A stretch of DNA of 64,000 nucleotides from Spirochaetaceae bacterium (GCA_051531975.1 JAOPTT010000001.1:128001-192000); one strand, 5' to 3'. Counted from the stretch's first letter, positions 1-10,621 are shown. Made by a program: numbers and translations. The notes: generated from the letters alone by a model not told the origin.

Positions 1-1044
1 AGTTTCTGGATCTTTACAAGATGTAGAGATACCCCAACCTGGTACATGACTTCTAGCTGATTTTTCAACTCTATCCCCATTTTGATTTATTACAGGAATC
101 ATTGGCATAAACTCAAAGCCATCTATTTTATCTGCTAATTTAGTATTGTAATTTGCTGTACTTCCAAACCAGTCATGGGTAAATCCACCAAGATCTTGGC
201 CTAATAGTACGTCTCTTGCTGCACCACCTCTTGTAAATATCTCAGGATCGATAAGTCCTTCTTCATACCATTTAACAAGTGTTCTTATTGCAAACTCAAA
301 CTCTTCTTCTAATGGACCATAAACTATTTTACCATTTTTAAGTGTAAAATCAGTTGATGCGTCAAACATTCCTACAAGATCCCATATTTGTCCGTTTCTT
401 TTAAAGAATGGAACTTCATCTGCTAACCCATTACCATTAGGATCTTTGGTTTTAAATGCTGTTAAAGCTTCATACAGATCATCTAAGGTTTGTGGAACCT
501 CAAGGTTCAATTTTTTTAACCAGTCAGTTCTTATGTAATGCCCTCTAGCAACTTCAACTTCCATAAATTTAGGAATAAAGTAGATATTACCATCTAAAGC
601 AGTAGCTGCAGCTTTATAGTCAGCATGTTCATCTAATAATTTCTGAAGATCAGGAGCATGCTCTTTAATCAGATCATTTAATGGTATTAAACCACCATCT
701 CTTCCAAGAGATTCAAGTTTTGATGCATCAAGGTAACCAATTGCATCAGGTAGATCCCCAGATGTTAACATTAGGTTAAAAGCAGAAGCTTCATCTGATG
801 AACTTTGAGATGCGACACCTTTTAGGCTAACATTTGTTATTTTGGCTGCTTCTTGGAATACTGGCCACTCGGAATTATACGGCATGTTGTTAAAAATGTT
901 AAAATAAGTAAACTCTACAGGTTTTGCACTTAACATATTACCTGTTAATGGGGTCTCATTCACTTCTTTAACTTCTTTGTTACCATTTGCAAATAGACTA
1001 AAACTTATTGCAAACATAGATAAGATTACTAAAATCTTCTTCAT
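1..1044 (-). CDS. Sugar/uronate ABC solute-binding protein, AlgQ/Smon0123-like (3' end outside window)
   Basis: Not in ORF track; translated by hand from ATG at 1044 (RBS AAGGAG upstream): MKKILVILSMFAISFSLFANGNKE...FNLMLTSGDLPD...IRTDWLKKLNL...KDPNGNGLADEVPF...GLIDPEIFTR...GGFTHDWF; open to the window edge; follows two permeases. Confidence 0.9.
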   Translation of the reverse strand, partial: MKKILVILSMFAISFSLFANGNKEVKEVNETPLTGNMLSAKPVEFTYFNIFNNMPYNSEWPVFQEAAKITNVSLKGVASQSSSDEASAFNLMLTSGDLPDAIGYLDASKLESLGRDGGLIPLNDLIKEHAPDLQKLLDEHADYKAAATALDGNIYFIPKFMEVEVARGHYIRTDWLKKLNLEVPQTLDDLYEALTAFKTKDPNGNGLADEVPFFKRNGQIWDLVGMFDASTDFTLKNGKIVYGPLEEEFEFAIRTLVKWYEEGLIDPEIFTRGGAARDVLLGQDLGGFTHDWFGSTANYNTKLADKIDGFEFMPMIPVINQNGDRVEKSARSHVPGWGISTSCKDPET

Positions 1045-1095
1045 TAATTTCTCCTTTTCTTCCGGACTCCCGGAAATTACTATTTATATAATTGT

Positions 1096-1983
1096 TTACC
1101 CTTTAATAGACCCAATCATAGCTCCCTTTTTAAAGAACTTTTGGATATATGGATAAATAATTAACATTGGAAGTACAGCAATTATTATTACTGCATATAT
1201 AACCGTAAGTGGTGAACTTAATGAGTCTGCTGTTATTAAAGAAGCCTCATTTGCACCTGCTACCCTATCTACAATTAGCTTTTTAAGAAGAACCTGTAGA
1301 GGGATTTTAGAATCATCCTGTAACAATATCATTGACCAGAAGTACCCATTCCATCTTGATACAGCATAAAACATACCCACTGTAGCAAGTGCTGGTTTAG
1401 ACAATGGCAGATAAATCCTGTAAAATATCTGAAAACTATTTGCTCCATCAATTATTGAAGCCTCTTCTAAAGATCTTGGTACTGATTCAAAGAAAGTCTT
1501 CATAATTAGTAGGTTGTATGTATTTATTGCAAATACAAGTAGGACACCTGATCTTGAATTCATAAGATGAAGGTTTGCGACATTAAGATAAAATGGAATT
1601 GTTCCAGCTTTAAACCATAAAGTAACAACAACCATAATCATAAAAAACTTTTTAAATACAAGTCTCTCTTTAGATAATACATAGGCACCTGTTGTGGTAA
1701 AAAACATATTTACAAGTGTTCCAACAAATGTGTAATAAAACGTATTACCATAAGCTACCCACAGACCATCTATAGCCAATGCCTTTTTAAAAGATTCTAG
1801 GTTAAATCCTACAGGAAATATTGTTAGTTCTCCTGAAATTAAGGCATAAGGTTTACTAACTGCTGCAATAATAATGTAATAAAGTGGATACAGAACTATT
1901 AGAGTAATTAAGATGCATAATATAGCATTTAAAATATTAAATGTTCTCTCTCCAGCTGATTCTCTAACTAATTTTTTCTTCAT
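1096..1983 (-). CDS. Carbohydrate ABC permease (LplC/YtcP type)
   Basis: Multiple TM helices; EAA loop SLEEASIIDGA; YPYIQKFFKKGAMIGSIKG C-terminus. Confidence 0.93.
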   Translation of the reverse strand: MKKKLVRESAGERTFNILNAILCILITLIVLYPLYYIIIAAVSKPYALISGELTIFPVGFNLESFKKALAIDGLWVAYGNTFYYTFVGTLVNMFFTTTGAYVLSKERLVFKKFFMIMVVVTLWFKAGTIPFYLNVANLHLMNSRSGVLLVFAINTYNLLIMKTFFESVPRSLEEASIIDGANSFQIFYRIYLPLSKPALATVGMFYAVSRWNGYFWSMILLQDDSKIPLQVLLKKLIVDRVAGANEASLITADSLSSPLTVIYAVIIIAVLPMLIIYPYIQKFFKKGAMIGSIKG

Positions 1984-1992
1984 TTCTCCCCC

Positions 1993-2925
1993 TTACAGTA
2001 GACTGCTATCAGTCAATTTTTTACTGATCTTATTTGAGAATAGAACTAGAGCCAGAGCTATAAATGCCTCAAAAAGTCCTGCGGCAGTTGCAACGCCAAA
2101 CTGTTGTTGTTGAATACCCATTCTATAAACGAAAGTACTTATTACGTCTGATGTTTCAAAAGTTGCAGGTTGGTAGAGAAGAATAATTGATTCAAAACCG
2201 ATATTTATCATTTTCCCAATATTAAGCACAAACATTATTACGATAGTTGGCATAATTGAAGGAATAGTAATATGTACCATCTGACTCCATTTACCAGCAC
2301 CATCAACTTTAGCTGCTTCATATAACTGCTGATCGATTCCTGCTAGGGCAGCAATATAGACTATTGCATTAAAACCTGTCTCTCTCCATACAATCATACT
2401 TGTATATATCTGACGAAAATATTCTGCCTTAACCATGAAATAAACAGACTCTCCACCAAGTTTTTTTATTAAAGTATTTACTATTCCAGAACTTGGGGAT
2501 AAAAAGTTTATAACCATTCCACATACAACAACAATGGATATAAAGTAGGGTAAAAATGATACTGTTTGAACTGTATTTTTAAGCCACTTATATTTTAATT
2601 CGTTTATCATAAGGGCTAATATTATTGATGCCGGGAAGGCAAAAACAATACGGTACCCTGTGATAAACAAAGTATTTTTTACAGTTCTAAAAAAATCATC
2701 GCTACCCATAAATTGTCTAAAATTTTCTAATCCTACCCATGTACTGCCACTCATCCCTTTAAAAACACTGTAATCCTGAAAAGCTATTAATAAGCCCCCC
2801 ATAGGTTTGTATGCAAAAAGGCAATACCATATAAGCATAGGCAGTAATAAAATATATAACGTCCAATCCTGCCTTATTGTTTTACCGTGAATTTGAAGAG
2901 ATTTTATAATCCCTTTTGTTTCCAT
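1993..2925 (-). CDS. Carbohydrate ABC permease (LplB/YteP type)
   Basis: WVGLENF, FLPYFIS and LYEAAKVDGA motifs. Confidence 0.93.
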   Translation of the reverse strand: METKGIIKSLQIHGKTIRQDWTLYILLLPMLIWYCLFAYKPMGGLLIAFQDYSVFKGMSGSTWVGLENFRQFMGSDDFFRTVKNTLFITGYRIVFAFPASIILALMINELKYKWLKNTVQTVSFLPYFISIVVVCGMVINFLSPSSGIVNTLIKKLGGESVYFMVKAEYFRQIYTSMIVWRETGFNAIVYIAALAGIDQQLYEAAKVDGAGKWSQMVHITIPSIMPTIVIMFVLNIGKMINIGFESIILLYQPATFETSDVISTFVYRMGIQQQQFGVATAAGLFEAFIALALVLFSNKISKKLTDSSLL

Positions 2926-3352
2926 TCAATCCTCCATTTGTCTTTTCAACATTTGTAGATTAAACCCGGTACATCAAATCCGTATATTGTTAAGAAACAA
3001 CAGATGTGCAGTATTCATACAAAAAAGAGATCATTAAAAAATTTGCTATCATCATTTTTAAACAGATCATCAAATTTACTTTTTTACCTTTTTGAATATC
3101 ATTTTCATGTTAAAACCAACCTATATAATAGTTTCAGCATTTAAATATTTGTATAAGAGTTACTAAAGTGAGTATTCAATTGGGGAGCATAGAGTGATAA
3201 GAAGGTATAATTAAGTTTTGTAGAAAAAAATAAAGCTTTATTGTTTTTTAGAATATCAAAACCTATTAGGCTTCAATATCCTAAAATATTGAGATCAAAG
3301 ATACCTTCATTGGTTATTAGAGTTTCATCTTTAACGCAGGGAAAGCCAATAA

Positions 3353-4492
3353 CTATAACAAAGCATTATAAATCGACATAGTCAGTTCTTCTAGATTATC
3401 ACGCTCTTCTACGAGCTGTTTTACAAGAGTCAGCTGGGTTCTACTTCTAATAAGATTGTGTTTTGGATAGTGTGATTTAAAATATATATTACCCTCTAGA
3501 TAATCAGTTAAAAACCTTAATCCTACTTCATAGGTCATTAAAATTCCTCCAAAAACTAAAGATTTAACTTCCTCTACAGTTAAAAAGTTAACAGCTGTAG
3601 ACAGATAACCTCTAACTAGGGCTTCAAAAATATTCATTTGAAACTTAACCTTAGAAAGATCATTTTCATCTTCAGCACTAAAACAAGTAGAGGTTCTAAC
3701 TAGATCTCCAAAATCGTAGGCAGCAAGCCCAGGCATAGATGTATCTAAATCTATGATACATACACTTTCTCCACTTTTTACATCCAGGAGAACATTATTT
3801 AATTTAGTATCGTTATGGGTTACCCTTTCAGGTAGAATCCCACTTTCCACCCGTTTTGTAAAATATGTCACCCCAGATTCAAATGATAAAAAGAAATCTA
3901 TCTCATCTTTTACACTAGAGGCCAAAGATAGTGAATCTTCCTTCAATACTTTTTTAAAATGCTCAAAACGTTTTGGTGTATTGTGAAAGTCAGGTATAGT
4001 TTCAAATAACCTCTGCCCAGGTAGATCACTTAGAAGACTTTGATATGATCCAAAGGCTCTAGCAGCTTCAAAAGCCTGTATTTCAGTCTCAATAATATCG
4101 TACCCCAGAGCATCTTCTATAAAAAAATAACAACGCCAATAACCAGAATCATTTTTAACATAAGCCTTACCATCCCTGGATTGAACTAATGTTAATGCTT
4201 TTCTGCTAGCATCATCTACTAAAGATTCTTTTAGCTTCTTATTTTGATGTTTACAGATTCTTTCTATGTTAAACATTAACTCTTCAGGATTTTTGAATAC
4301 ATTATGATTTATCCATTGAAGCAGATAATTAATCTTGGTTCCTCCCTGGGAAACAGTAAGTTTATATGTATCATTTATATGACCTGTTCCATAGGGTTTT
4401 GCTGATATAAAATCACCATATATATTAAACTGATTGAAAACGGATCTTAATCCTAGCACAGTCTTTTCTTCTTTAGATTTTAATAATTCCAT
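3353..4492 (-). CDS. APH-family phosphotransferase, N-acetylhexosamine 1-kinase (NahK)-like
   Basis: GHINDTY, TIPDFHNT, RVTHNDTKLNN, IDLDT and RFLTDYLEG motifs. Confidence 0.8.
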   Translation of the reverse strand: MELLKSKEEKTVLGLRSVFNQFNIYGDFISAKPYGTGHINDTYKLTVSQGGTKINYLLQWINHNVFKNPEELMFNIERICKHQNKKLKESLVDDASRKALTLVQSRDGKAYVKNDSGYWRCYFFIEDALGYDIIETEIQAFEAARAFGSYQSLLSDLPGQRLFETIPDFHNTPKRFEHFKKVLKEDSLSLASSVKDEIDFFLSFESGVTYFTKRVESGILPERVTHNDTKLNNVLLDVKSGESVCIIDLDTSMPGLAAYDFGDLVRTSTCFSAEDENDLSKVKFQMNIFEALVRGYLSTAVNFLTVEEVKSLVFGGILMTYEVGLRFLTDYLEGNIYFKSHYPKHNLIRSRTQLTLVKQLVEERDNLEELTMSIYNALL

Positions 4493-4506
4493 CTCTTATT
4501 CCTTTT

Positions 4507-5079
4507 TTATATTTCCCTTAAAACTGCATTATCCAGGTGAGGCAGTGTTCTATGTTCTGAAGGGTTTAGATCTTTTCTTATTGCCTGAAGAATTTGCAGG
4601 CTATCTCCATGGGAAACCAGTATGATTGTTTTTCCATTATACATACTATCAAGTTCTCTAAAAAGATTTTTGAGTCTTTCTGCTACATGAGCCGGAGACT
4701 CTATAGCTAACTTTGTATAATCTCCATGCAATTTATCAATATCCCAGATTATTTGATACTTGTCATCCCCCAAACCTTCTAATTCACCAAAAAATCTTTC
4801 ACGTAGATTATGTTTATATAAAACGTCATCACAATTCCATGTGTCTTTAAGAATCTCTGCTGTTTCACTGGCTCTAAGAAAATCTGAAGAGCAGATGATG
4901 GTCTCCGAATTCCCAGGAAAAGAGGCACCTGCAATCTCAACCTGTTTTTTCCCTTTTTCTGTGAGTCCATATTTAACTAATCCAATATCAGGATTACTTA
5001 CAATTTTTCCAATTTCATTAGCTATACTATGGCCATGGCGAATAATAAAGTATCTATTAACCAACTGTTTCTCCCTCAC
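4507..5079 (-). CDS. Histidine phosphatase (phosphoglycerate mutase superfamily)
   Basis: RHGHS, SSDFLRA, LRERFFGELEG and VSHG motifs; GTG start overlapping upstream gene. Confidence 0.88.
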   Translation of the reverse strand: MREKQLVNRYFIIRHGHSIANEIGKIVSNPDIGLVKYGLTEKGKKQVEIAGASFPGNSETIICSSDFLRASETAEILKDTWNCDDVLYKHNLRERFFGELEGLGDDKYQIIWDIDKLHGDYTKLAIESPAHVAERLKNLFRELDSMYNGKTIILVSHGDSLQILQAIRKDLNPSEHRTLPHLDNAVLREI

Positions 5080-6343
5080 TTAAAAATCTTATTACAAATT
5101 CACTAAAAATAGAGTTAGCCCATGCAAACCACGGTCTTGTAAACTCTTTTGGGTTATTAACATTAACACCTTCGTGGATAAATCCTGTTCCAGCATGAGT
5201 GTTTAATAGAATATCTAATATTTCTTTTTGTTCTTTTTTATCTGTTGAAGTTAACCCCTGTATTGATAATCCTATAGGCCAGAAATAGTCCTCTGGTGTG
5301 TGTGGGCTTCCTACTCCTTTGGCAAAGTTTCCATGGAAATAATATGGGTTACTTTTGCTTAATATAAACCGCCTAGTATTTTTGTATATTGGGTTATTGG
5401 CATCGACATAACCTAGGTATGGAATTGATAATAAACTTGGAACATTTGCATCGTCCATAAGATTATAATTACCTAACCCATCCGTCTCATAGGCGAAGAT
5501 TTCTCCAAATTCTGGGTGATTGTAAATACCATACTTCATGATTCCACTGTCTATCTCTTCTTGTAGTTTCTTTGCTCTATTCGCTAGATCTTCATCTTTA
5601 TAAATCTTTAAACAGATCTCCTGAATATAACCTAAATTTACAGATGCCATCATATTAGCAGGAATAAGGTACCCATATTTGCAAGCATCGTCACTTGGTC
5701 TAAAACCTGACCATGTCATACCTGTATAAGTTACTTCAGTTCCACGCCCACCACAAGGTATAGTATCCGATTCAGGGCAGTTAAATCTCTGAAAAGAGTA
5801 TTTAGAGTCCCTACCATGGTTTTGTTCTGTCTCGAAAGTAATTAAAATGTTTTTTATTGCTTCTAAAAACTCATTTTTAAAGATTGTTGTAGAACCACTC
5901 TCTTTAAAATAGAGATAAGATAACCATATAGGGTAACAGAGGGAGTCGATTTCATATTTCCTCTCCCATACCAGTGGACTTAGTTCTGTTTCATCTTTAT
6001 GACCTTTCCCATTAGGCTCACTGTTAAAAGCGTTGGCATATGGGTCATGGTTTATAAAACCTATCTGCCTAGTTATTAACTTTTCTACTAGCTCCCCAAG
6101 TCCATCTATTTTATTTACATAAGGGATATAGTGCTTAACCTGAGCAGTAGAATCCCTTAGCCACATAGCAGGAATATCCCCTGTTATAATAAACAGTTCA
6201 TCATCCCACTTTACTGTAGTCTCAAGTGTATTTCTAAAACACTGTTTAAGCATTTTTTTTAACTGCTCACTCTCTATCTTGGCACTATGTTCATCTGTGA
6301 CTTTATCAATATTTTTAAGTATGGATTCTAATTTTTTATTCAT
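5057..6343 (-). CDS. Glycoside hydrolase family 125 (exo-alpha-1,6-mannosidase-like)
   Basis: ITGDIPAMWLRDS, WERKYEIDSL, GFRPSDD, MDDANVPSLL and FTRPWFAWANS motifs. Confidence 0.93.
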   Translation of the reverse strand: MNKKLESILKNIDKVTDEHSAKIESEQLKKMLKQCFRNTLETTVKWDDELFIITGDIPAMWLRDSTAQVKHYIPYVNKIDGLGELVEKLITRQIGFINHDPYANAFNSEPNGKGHKDETELSPLVWERKYEIDSLCYPIWLSYLYFKESGSTTIFKNEFLEAIKNILITFETEQNHGRDSKYSFQRFNCPESDTIPCGGRGTEVTYTGMTWSGFRPSDDACKYGYLIPANMMASVNLGYIQEICLKIYKDEDLANRAKKLQEEIDSGIMKYGIYNHPEFGEIFAYETDGLGNYNLMDDANVPSLLSIPYLGYVDANNPIYKNTRRFILSKSNPYYFHGNFAKGVGSPHTPEDYFWPIGLSIQGLTSTDKKEQKEILDILLNTHAGTGFIHEGVNVNNPKEFTRPWFAWANSIFSEFVIRFLSEGETVG

Positions 6344-8231
6344 CAGAGTAAGTTCTCTCTCCTGTATTATAATCTAGATTCAGAAACATATTATCAGCCC
6401 GGAAGTTGATTTTCTCTGCTGGATATTTAGCTTTTGAAAACTTATTGTTATATCTATAATTCCCTTTAAGTTCAACCTTTTTACCATTATATTTCAGATC
6501 ACCTTTCCACTTATAATTAAGCTCTCCATTTCCTGGTGAATCGAAGGTTACATTTAACCTATTAACTGTTAGTTTTGCCTGCTGTATTTTCTGTATAAAG
6601 TTCTGGAATGTTCCCCACTCATCTTTATCACCAGCCTGGCTTATCCATATGTTCTTTTTACCCTGGGCAATTAAATCACAACGTCCATCACCCTCTTCTC
6701 CCCACTGTGTCTCATTTCTAGACCAAAGAGCTAAATAACTATCATCTTTTTGTGTAAATTTCCAATGCCCATCTTCTACTACTTGGTCAAACTCTTTTAA
6801 GGGTAACCATGCGTGGGTATATAGTTCTCGGTTTGTTATATAAAGCCCTGGAGTTGTATTTGTATTATAAATCATTAAAGCACAATTTTTATACTGAACT
6901 ACCCCTGGCTGAGTTCCGGCCCCTGTCCAATAGTTTGGAGTATCATTCTCTACTAATGTTTTAGCCTTACCCGGGTGGGTAACAAAACAAGTTGCATTTC
7001 CACCTAATGTTACCTGCCAAGGACTCTGCTGATCTCCACCATAACCTACTCTGTAGTTTTGGGTTGCTCCCATCTGATAATAAGGTGTTCTGTATGTATA
7101 AATATGAGCAGCACCTCTATAACCCCGGGTAGTATCTTTTTCTACTAATTTAGCAAACGCAGCTAAAAGCCCTGTTGCTTTTAAAAACTTCAAGAAGCCT
7201 CTAAAAGGTTTAAATGGGCTAAAAAATTTATTATCCCACCAGTTATATGCATCTAACAGTTTTAAAAATTTAGCAAAAAATTTAGGGTGCATATAAGCTT
7301 CCCCTGCAACAAACATCATTCCATCTTCAATTCTTTTTATGTCCAGTCCAACATCTTTTGCATCTTCTATATTAAAACCACAAATTTGATTGTTTTCATC
7401 TACCTCTTTTTTATGGTTATGTGCCATTAACTTAATTACCCCTGGCATTTTATAGGTTGAAAAAATTAATGATACTGCACTAAAATTCCCATCTGCAAAT
7501 GTCTCTCCACCAAAAAGAAGTCTGGCAACTGGAGCTGTAGATTCGGTTAAACCGTCCTTTTTTCCACCTTCGTAGGCTCTACCATGGGAACATGCCATTA
7601 TACTATCGTAACTATTTAATGCGATATCAGCTAAAAGCAGGTCCAATACCATTGTAGCTTTTGTTTTTATCTCTTCATCCCCTGCAAAATCTATAAGGTT
7701 TGCTATAGCTGGGAAGTCCTCGTTGTAATAGACATTAGAAAGCCACTCTGAAAACCCTGTTGCAAACCTAATATCTAACCACTTCTTAACCCTAGGAAGA
7801 AACTTTTTTGCCATCTGTGTTCCAGTTAACCCAGAGTTTAAAAATATCCTATCTGGAAACTTCAGGCCTGCTAAATATGCAGCAGATGAAAATAGAATAG
7901 TATGGTTTTCTGACCAGGTACACATATCATCATCCCCAGGTTCATCTGGCCAGTACTTAAAAGCGAGGATAGTATCTACTATCTTCTCTTTCATATATTC
8001 TGGAGTAGAGTCTGAACCAAAAAACTGATAGATCATTCGTATAAATCCAGCAGCATGGAAGTCAGCACAATCTACTCTATCTTCCATCATCTTTAGTCTC
8101 TGATCTAAAGGTTCAATTTTTACAGGTAAACCCATATGTATCCGAACTATTTCGGAAAACGGTCCATCCCCTTTTGCTTCTAAAGACTTTTTTATCCACG
8201 CCTCTTTTCTCTGTTCAAACTCTATATCCAT
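6336..8231 (-). CDS. Uncharacterised 631-aa cytoplasmic protein, possibly heparinase II/III-like fold
   Basis: Long ORF translationally coupled within the sugar operon; WSENH, GFSEWLSNVYYNED and SHGRAY motifs; helical-looking N-half, beta-rich C-half; fold is inferred. Confidence 0.6.
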   Translation of the reverse strand: MDIEFEQRKEAWIKKSLEAKGDGPFSEIVRIHMGLPVKIEPLDQRLKMMEDRVDCADFHAAGFIRMIYQFFGSDSTPEYMKEKIVDTILAFKYWPDEPGDDDMCTWSENHTILFSSAAYLAGLKFPDRIFLNSGLTGTQMAKKFLPRVKKWLDIRFATGFSEWLSNVYYNEDFPAIANLIDFAGDEEIKTKATMVLDLLLADIALNSYDSIMACSHGRAYEGGKKDGLTESTAPVARLLFGGETFADGNFSAVSLIFSTYKMPGVIKLMAHNHKKEVDENNQICGFNIEDAKDVGLDIKRIEDGMMFVAGEAYMHPKFFAKFLKLLDAYNWWDNKFFSPFKPFRGFLKFLKATGLLAAFAKLVEKDTTRGYRGAAHIYTYRTPYYQMGATQNYRVGYGGDQQSPWQVTLGGNATCFVTHPGKAKTLVENDTPNYWTGAGTQPGVVQYKNCALMIYNTNTTPGLYITNRELYTHAWLPLKEFDQVVEDGHWKFTQKDDSYLALWSRNETQWGEEGDGRCDLIAQGKKNIWISQAGDKDEWGTFQNFIQKIQQAKLTVNRLNVTFDSPGNGELNYKWKGDLKYNGKKVELKGNYRYNNKFSKAKYPAEKINFRADNMFLNLDYNTGERTYSDE

Positions 8232-9754
8232 TAGTTATGCCTTTTGTAGTATGCTGCTTTTTCCTGATCGATAAGGTCGATATTTCGATCTTTTAACTTA
8301 TCCATAAACTCCCCGTAATTATCTTCGAAGTTATCCTCAGTTAATAGTTTAACCCAGTACTTTTCGCAAATTTTAATAAGTCCAGTTCCATGTTTAGCCA
8401 TCATGTCCATTCGTTCCTGATATAGAACCCCAGTGAAACTATCATTAACATGAATCTCTCTTGCTAATTCCTCCATTCCGTTAAAGTCTACCTCTCGACT
8501 TAAAGCACTATAATTAGTATAGGCATCTACATCTTGTGGATAAAAACCTAATAGTCTGAACCAATGATCAAAGTAGGTAAATGTTTTTATGTTATGGTCT
8601 AAATCTATAACTTTAGGTTTACCATCAATTATTTCGTAATGCTCACTCTCTATACCATAGTGCATAATTCTTCTAGTCTCATCTTCCATCATCCAGTTTA
8701 GATATATAACTGCGGCCTCTGGTACTTTAGAGTTGCTAGGAATAAAGTTATATCGATACGCAGGGTCTCCTAAAATTTTTCGGTAGTCACCCTCATCATT
8801 TTGAAAAACCTCAATTGGAAGGTATTCAATTTTTGAACCATTTTTGCCAATAACATAGAGCGCTTCACTACTACTTTGTTTAAAAAGTCGATCAGTCATA
8901 TAATGTACAAAACCAACCTGCCCATTTACGATCTTTTTATTATTTTCTGCTTCGTTCATAGTAGCAAACTCTATATCTAATAATTCCATATCATTTAAGT
9001 CTCTCATCCATAACATAAACTCTTTAAAACCTTCACGATGTGGATATGTAAGGGACATATTTTGTTCTGGGTCGTGTTTAAAAAATGAGTACATAACATC
9101 AAACTGTTTAAAATCCGTATCAAATACAGTTCCTGGATCTGGAGCTAAATGCCCCCAAGGAATAACATTTTCTGAACCTATTCCACCTGGATCTTTTTGT
9201 TTAAAAGCGAGTAAAACTTCTAAAAGCTCATCTCTATTTGTTGGAACATCCATACCTAAAATATCTAGCCAATCCTTTCTAATAAGGGACGTGTTTTTAG
9301 CTCTGCTTTTTGTTTTAGCTGGAATAGCGTAAAGATTACCATCTAAAACACCATAAGAGAAAAGTTCTTTATCTATATTCTGTTTTAATAAGGGGCCATA
9401 CTCATCTATATAGGGATTAATATTGTAAAGCCCTCCATCCGCAGCATATTTGGAAAATAGAAGTCTACTATGGGTATTAACAACATCTGGAGCAGTTCCT
9501 GTAGCCATCATTATAGTTGCATTAACTAAAGACCCACCTTTTGAAACATACTCTAACTTAATACCCTTTTTTAACATCTCAGCTTGTGCGTATCTAGTCC
9601 ATCTGTTATCAGTTAAAGTACCCTCTGATTCAGGGACTGCTGCGACATTGTTAACCATAACCCTTAAAATGGTATTTCCATCGGCATCTGTAGCCTCTTT
9701 ACATGAACTTAAAGTCACAAGTAAAACAATAATAAACAGTAATAACTTCTTCAT
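8231..9754 (-). CDS. Extracellular solute-binding lipoprotein (LplA type)
   Basis: Lipobox TLSSC; IRKDWLDILG, KQKDPGG and YGIESEHY motifs; downstream of permeases. Confidence 0.9.
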   Translation of the reverse strand: MKKLLLFIIVLLVTLSSCKEATDADGNTILRVMVNNVAAVPESEGTLTDNRWTRYAQAEMLKKGIKLEYVSKGGSLVNATIMMATGTAPDVVNTHSRLLFSKYAADGGLYNINPYIDEYGPLLKQNIDKELFSYGVLDGNLYAIPAKTKSRAKNTSLIRKDWLDILGMDVPTNRDELLEVLLAFKQKDPGGIGSENVIPWGHLAPDPGTVFDTDFKQFDVMYSFFKHDPEQNMSLTYPHREGFKEFMLWMRDLNDMELLDIEFATMNEAENNKKIVNGQVGFVHYMTDRLFKQSSSEALYVIGKNGSKIEYLPIEVFQNDEGDYRKILGDPAYRYNFIPSNSKVPEAAVIYLNWMMEDETRRIMHYGIESEHYEIIDGKPKVIDLDHNIKTFTYFDHWFRLLGFYPQDVDAYTNYSALSREVDFNGMEELAREIHVNDSFTGVLYQERMDMMAKHGTGLIKICEKYWVKLLTEDNFEDNYGEFMDKLKDRNIDLIDQEKAAYYKRHN

Positions 9755-9757
9755 AAT

Positions 9758-10621
9758 CTACTCCTTAACAGACCCTAGTAGGGCACCCTGTGTAAAATAT
9801 TTTTGTAAAAATGGAAATATAATTAGAACTGGCAGTATAACAAAAAATACCGATGCCGATTTAATTGATTCTACAGGAGGATTCGTCCCCATTGATGCAA
9901 AAATACCTGTATCTTGTCCATCAAGTAATCTATATAACATAAGTTGTAGAGGAAACTTTTCAGGGGTACTCATATATATAAGTGCGGGCATATATACATT
10001 CCAGTTTCCCATACCATAAAATAGTCCAAGTGTTGCGATCATAGGTGCAGCTAGTGGTAAAATAATCTTGAATAGGATAAGTATTTCCGGACACCCATCC
10101 ATTCTAGCAGACTCAATCAGACTAGGAGGCAGTCCCTGAAAGTATGTTTTCATTAAAATAAGATTAAAAGTACTTACAGTTCCAGGTAAAACCAGAGCCC
10201 AGACTGTATCTAAAATACCTAACGACCGGACAACAAGGAAAAGAGGAATAAGCCCACCACTAAAAAACATTGTGACTATAATTAATAACCAGATGAATTT
10301 TTTACCTACTAAGTCTTTTTGAGCCAGTGGATATGCACCCATAGCTGTAATAACAACGTTAATAATAGTACCTAAAACAGTTAGAAATATAGTATACATT
10401 AAGGAATTCATCATGGTCTGACTTTTAAAAACAGCGTCGTAACCTGCTAGCTGAAAGTCCACAGGTAGAAGTTTTATTTTTCCAGCTACAATAGCAGTTT
10501 CACTACTAAAAGATCGGGCTAAAACATGAACCATTGGAACCAGGCAAACTATAGTTGTTAAAATTAAAACCACTACGACTACAAAATCTAATACTGGTGC
10601 TTCTTTTTTTTCTAAACTCAC
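9758..10621 (-). CDS. Carbohydrate ABC permease (LplC type)
   Basis: FFSGGLIP, SLIESARMDG and PFLQKYF motifs. Confidence 0.93.
   Translation of the reverse strand: MSLEKKEAPVLDFVVVVVLILTTIVCLVPMVHVLARSFSSETAIVAGKIKLLPVDFQLAGYDAVFKSQTMMNSLMYTIFLTVLGTIINVVITAMGAYPLAQKDLVGKKFIWLLIIVTMFFSGGLIPLFLVVRSLGILDTVWALVLPGTVSTFNLILMKTYFQGLPPSLIESARMDGCPEILILFKIILPLAAPMIATLGLFYGMGNWNVYMPALIYMSTPEKFPLQLMLYRLLDGQDTGIFASMGTNPPVESIKSASVFFVILPVLIIFPFLQKYFTQGALLGSVKE

Noticed and set aside
3353..4492. Possible mucin-desulfating sulfatase label
   Set aside because: No CxPxR or SxPxR motif; the sequence has kinase (APH-type) catalytic motifs.
9450..10019. 189-aa plus-strand ORF and other antisense or nested ORFs (e.g. 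58602-59066, 38691-39065, 44359-44727, 14808-15218, 16433-16849)
   Set aside because: They lie opposite or inside well-supported genes and have no motifs; treated as shadow ORFs.
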